Positions 61,982-64,000 of a stretch of 64,000 nt of DNA are shown here, piece by piece (the first letter of the stretch is position 1; every line of letters begins with the position of its first letter). The translations under genes were made by a program, and so were the position numbers. The notes beneath the pieces are model-generated. The model saw only the letters and a program-made list of their open reading frames with translations, did no database searches and had not been told where the DNA came from. The stretch comes from Chrysomallon squamiferum (lineage: Eukaryota; Animalia; Mollusca): the NCBI GenBank assembly GCA_012295275.1, contig CM022669.1:19406001-19470000 (forward strand), given 5' to 3'.

Positions 61982-64000
61982 GTAAGTTGTTTTTATGGCC
62001 ACTTGTTTCATTGCCTCTGTAACAAGGCTCCATATCTTTATGCATTAATCATTCTATGAACATGTTTCAAATCAGTATAACATTGAATTTAAAAAACAAT
62101 ATTCAGACATTTTTTTGTGGCAAGTTGTGACATTTGTGTATGTCATATTCCTTTTTATTTTTGATTAGAGAGTTGATACTGAATATACATTTGATAAAAC
62201 TACAAAAATATAGTTTGAAATTTTACAGGAGGGGTAAATTAGAATATGAGCAACATGTTACAAGGAATCCTTAGAGCTAGATTGGGTTCTGGATTATTTT
62301 AAATGTTTGATTATGTGTGATCCCACATTTTGTGGTTAGATAATAGTAGAAACTGCAGTCTATGTTAGGAGTTCTAAAGAACTCAATTTAATTAATAACT
62401 TGGAGATTATCAGCTTATTTGATTTATGACAAATTGGCTTTCCCCATTTCATGTCACCACTTTGATAAAAATCTCACCATAAAGGGAGAAAGATTTTAGT
62501 ATGTCATCAATACTTGTAATTTATCATTTAAGGATGTTTGTATAAATATTCATTTCACTATAAAGCAAACACTATAAGTGTTTTATCATTTACACATACC
62601 AGAAAGAAATGTTAAATATGACATTATAAAAATGTTCTTTGCAAAAAAGATTTCAACAGTGTAGAATATTGGCTGTTACATTTAAATCATCATACACAAA
62701 ATATTTACTTTCTTGGATTGTTCCCAACATAGACTGTAGAAATAGTGCTGCATGATTACATTCTTTTTACTTTTTTTGTTTTTGTACTAAATTTATTTGT
62801 CTTGCTATAATAAACTATACAAAAGTGTGGAAAGTAATGTATACTATGAACATATCACAGAGACTGTCAGAAACCTTTAGTAGTAATTGAAATGTTAATT
62901 GCAAGGATACTGAGGAACGGCTGTATATAGTTTTATAAGTGTCACTGCTTTGATGTTGTCTGTGTTTGTGTTCATGGTTTATTTTGCTTTCAGTTTTACG
63001 AGCCCAAAGCATGTTGGTGTTATTTATAACTTAAAATAATTACTTTACGTACTAGTTGTTTTGATCCCTTTATTATTTGTGAAATTATGCATTATTTTAT
63101 ACATAAATATATATTAAATTTCATACGTAGAATAGTTGGGAGAAATCAAATTTCTTTTTGATTTGTTAAATAAGGCTGAAAATATTTTTGTATATGAACA
63201 TATTATTATTATTCAAACATTTCTGAATTATGTTTTTATTAGATTTTAGAAATATTGTGGTACACAAACTTAAGATGTTTTTGTCAAATGTTACCATTAT
63301 ATAATTTAAATGTTGTAAAACTGCACAAGACTGATCTAATATAAATGATAAAGCTAAATTACATTTTTAAAAAGTTTTCTACATGGAATATCATAATAAG
63401 CTGACTTTTAATCCTGAACAGCATGATTTATTATTCAGTAACATTTATTTATCTTTGCAATATATACATTTATCAGTTTCAAGAACATGAAATATATGGT
63501 TTGGATAGTCTTTATTTTCTAAATACATGAAAGGAATTTAAAAAAATATTGAAAAACTGTTGAAAAAATAGAGCAATAATCTATCCAAACCATATATATA
63601 CCTTATTTTTAAGAATAATACTTGTTATCTATATATATGTTCAGCAGGTGAATTTCTCAAAAGTACTGGGACTTTAATTTTAAGAATCTGAGAAATGCAT
63701 TTCTGTTGAGTTATGACATTTAAGTTATTTAATTACTACTAATCTGTAACTACTGTTAATTTAAGGTTAATTTAGCTAATGTTATTGTTACAGTTTGTTA
63801 CTGATATAGCTTATAATTACTTTATTACTTTATGGCTATTTATGATGGTACTATATCTGATATATTGCTGTTTTCATAAATATACTTATAACTGTTATTT
63901 AATATATTTTTTGAGGTATTTATTATGTTGATTCATATTTTAATTTGGCTTAGTTTATTAAGTCATTATCTAAGATATTACTGTTCTAGTTATTTAAGAA

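Noticed and set aside
62229-62242. TTTTACAG|GAGGG|GTAAAT as a next micro-exon or terminal exon (G-G-V-N-stop) of the DAZAP1-like gene
   Set aside because: Too short to distinguish from chance; needs transcript evidence.

Overview
AT-rich, microsatellite-dense eukaryotic (animal) genomic DNA with spliceosomal GT-AG introns. The repeat landscape looks like an invertebrate, possibly octopod/cephalopod, but that is inference only. Four intron-containing genes were assembled by hand with consistent splice phases. (1) A minus-strand C-type lectin-domain protein (3 exons, 244 aa; signal peptide, coiled-coil neck, non-canonical CTLD, C-terminal RHKREEL). (2) A RASD/DIRAS-like Ras-family GTPase (3 exons, 232 aa, CaaX CSIM). 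(3) UBL7 (10 exons, 314 aa, UBL plus UBA). (4) A DAZAP1/Hrb27C-like two-RRM hnRNP (10 coding exons found, 3' end not found in the window). Non-coding features include a ~37-copy 26-bp minisatellite with an inverted junction, a perfect fold-back palindrome, two decayed DNA-transposon MITEs (Tigger/pogo-like and hAT-like), a tandem array built from copies of a real 5' splice site, a 24-bp ACGTG array upstream of the GTPase, and a 92-bp dispersed duplication. Most ORFs in the supplied track are microsatellite artefacts. No CRISPR, tRNA or rRNA was seen. I found no clear novel multi-gene system. The best leads are the lectin (ER-retrieval motif overlapping a furin site, amplified donor site) and candidate poison exons in the hnRNP gene.
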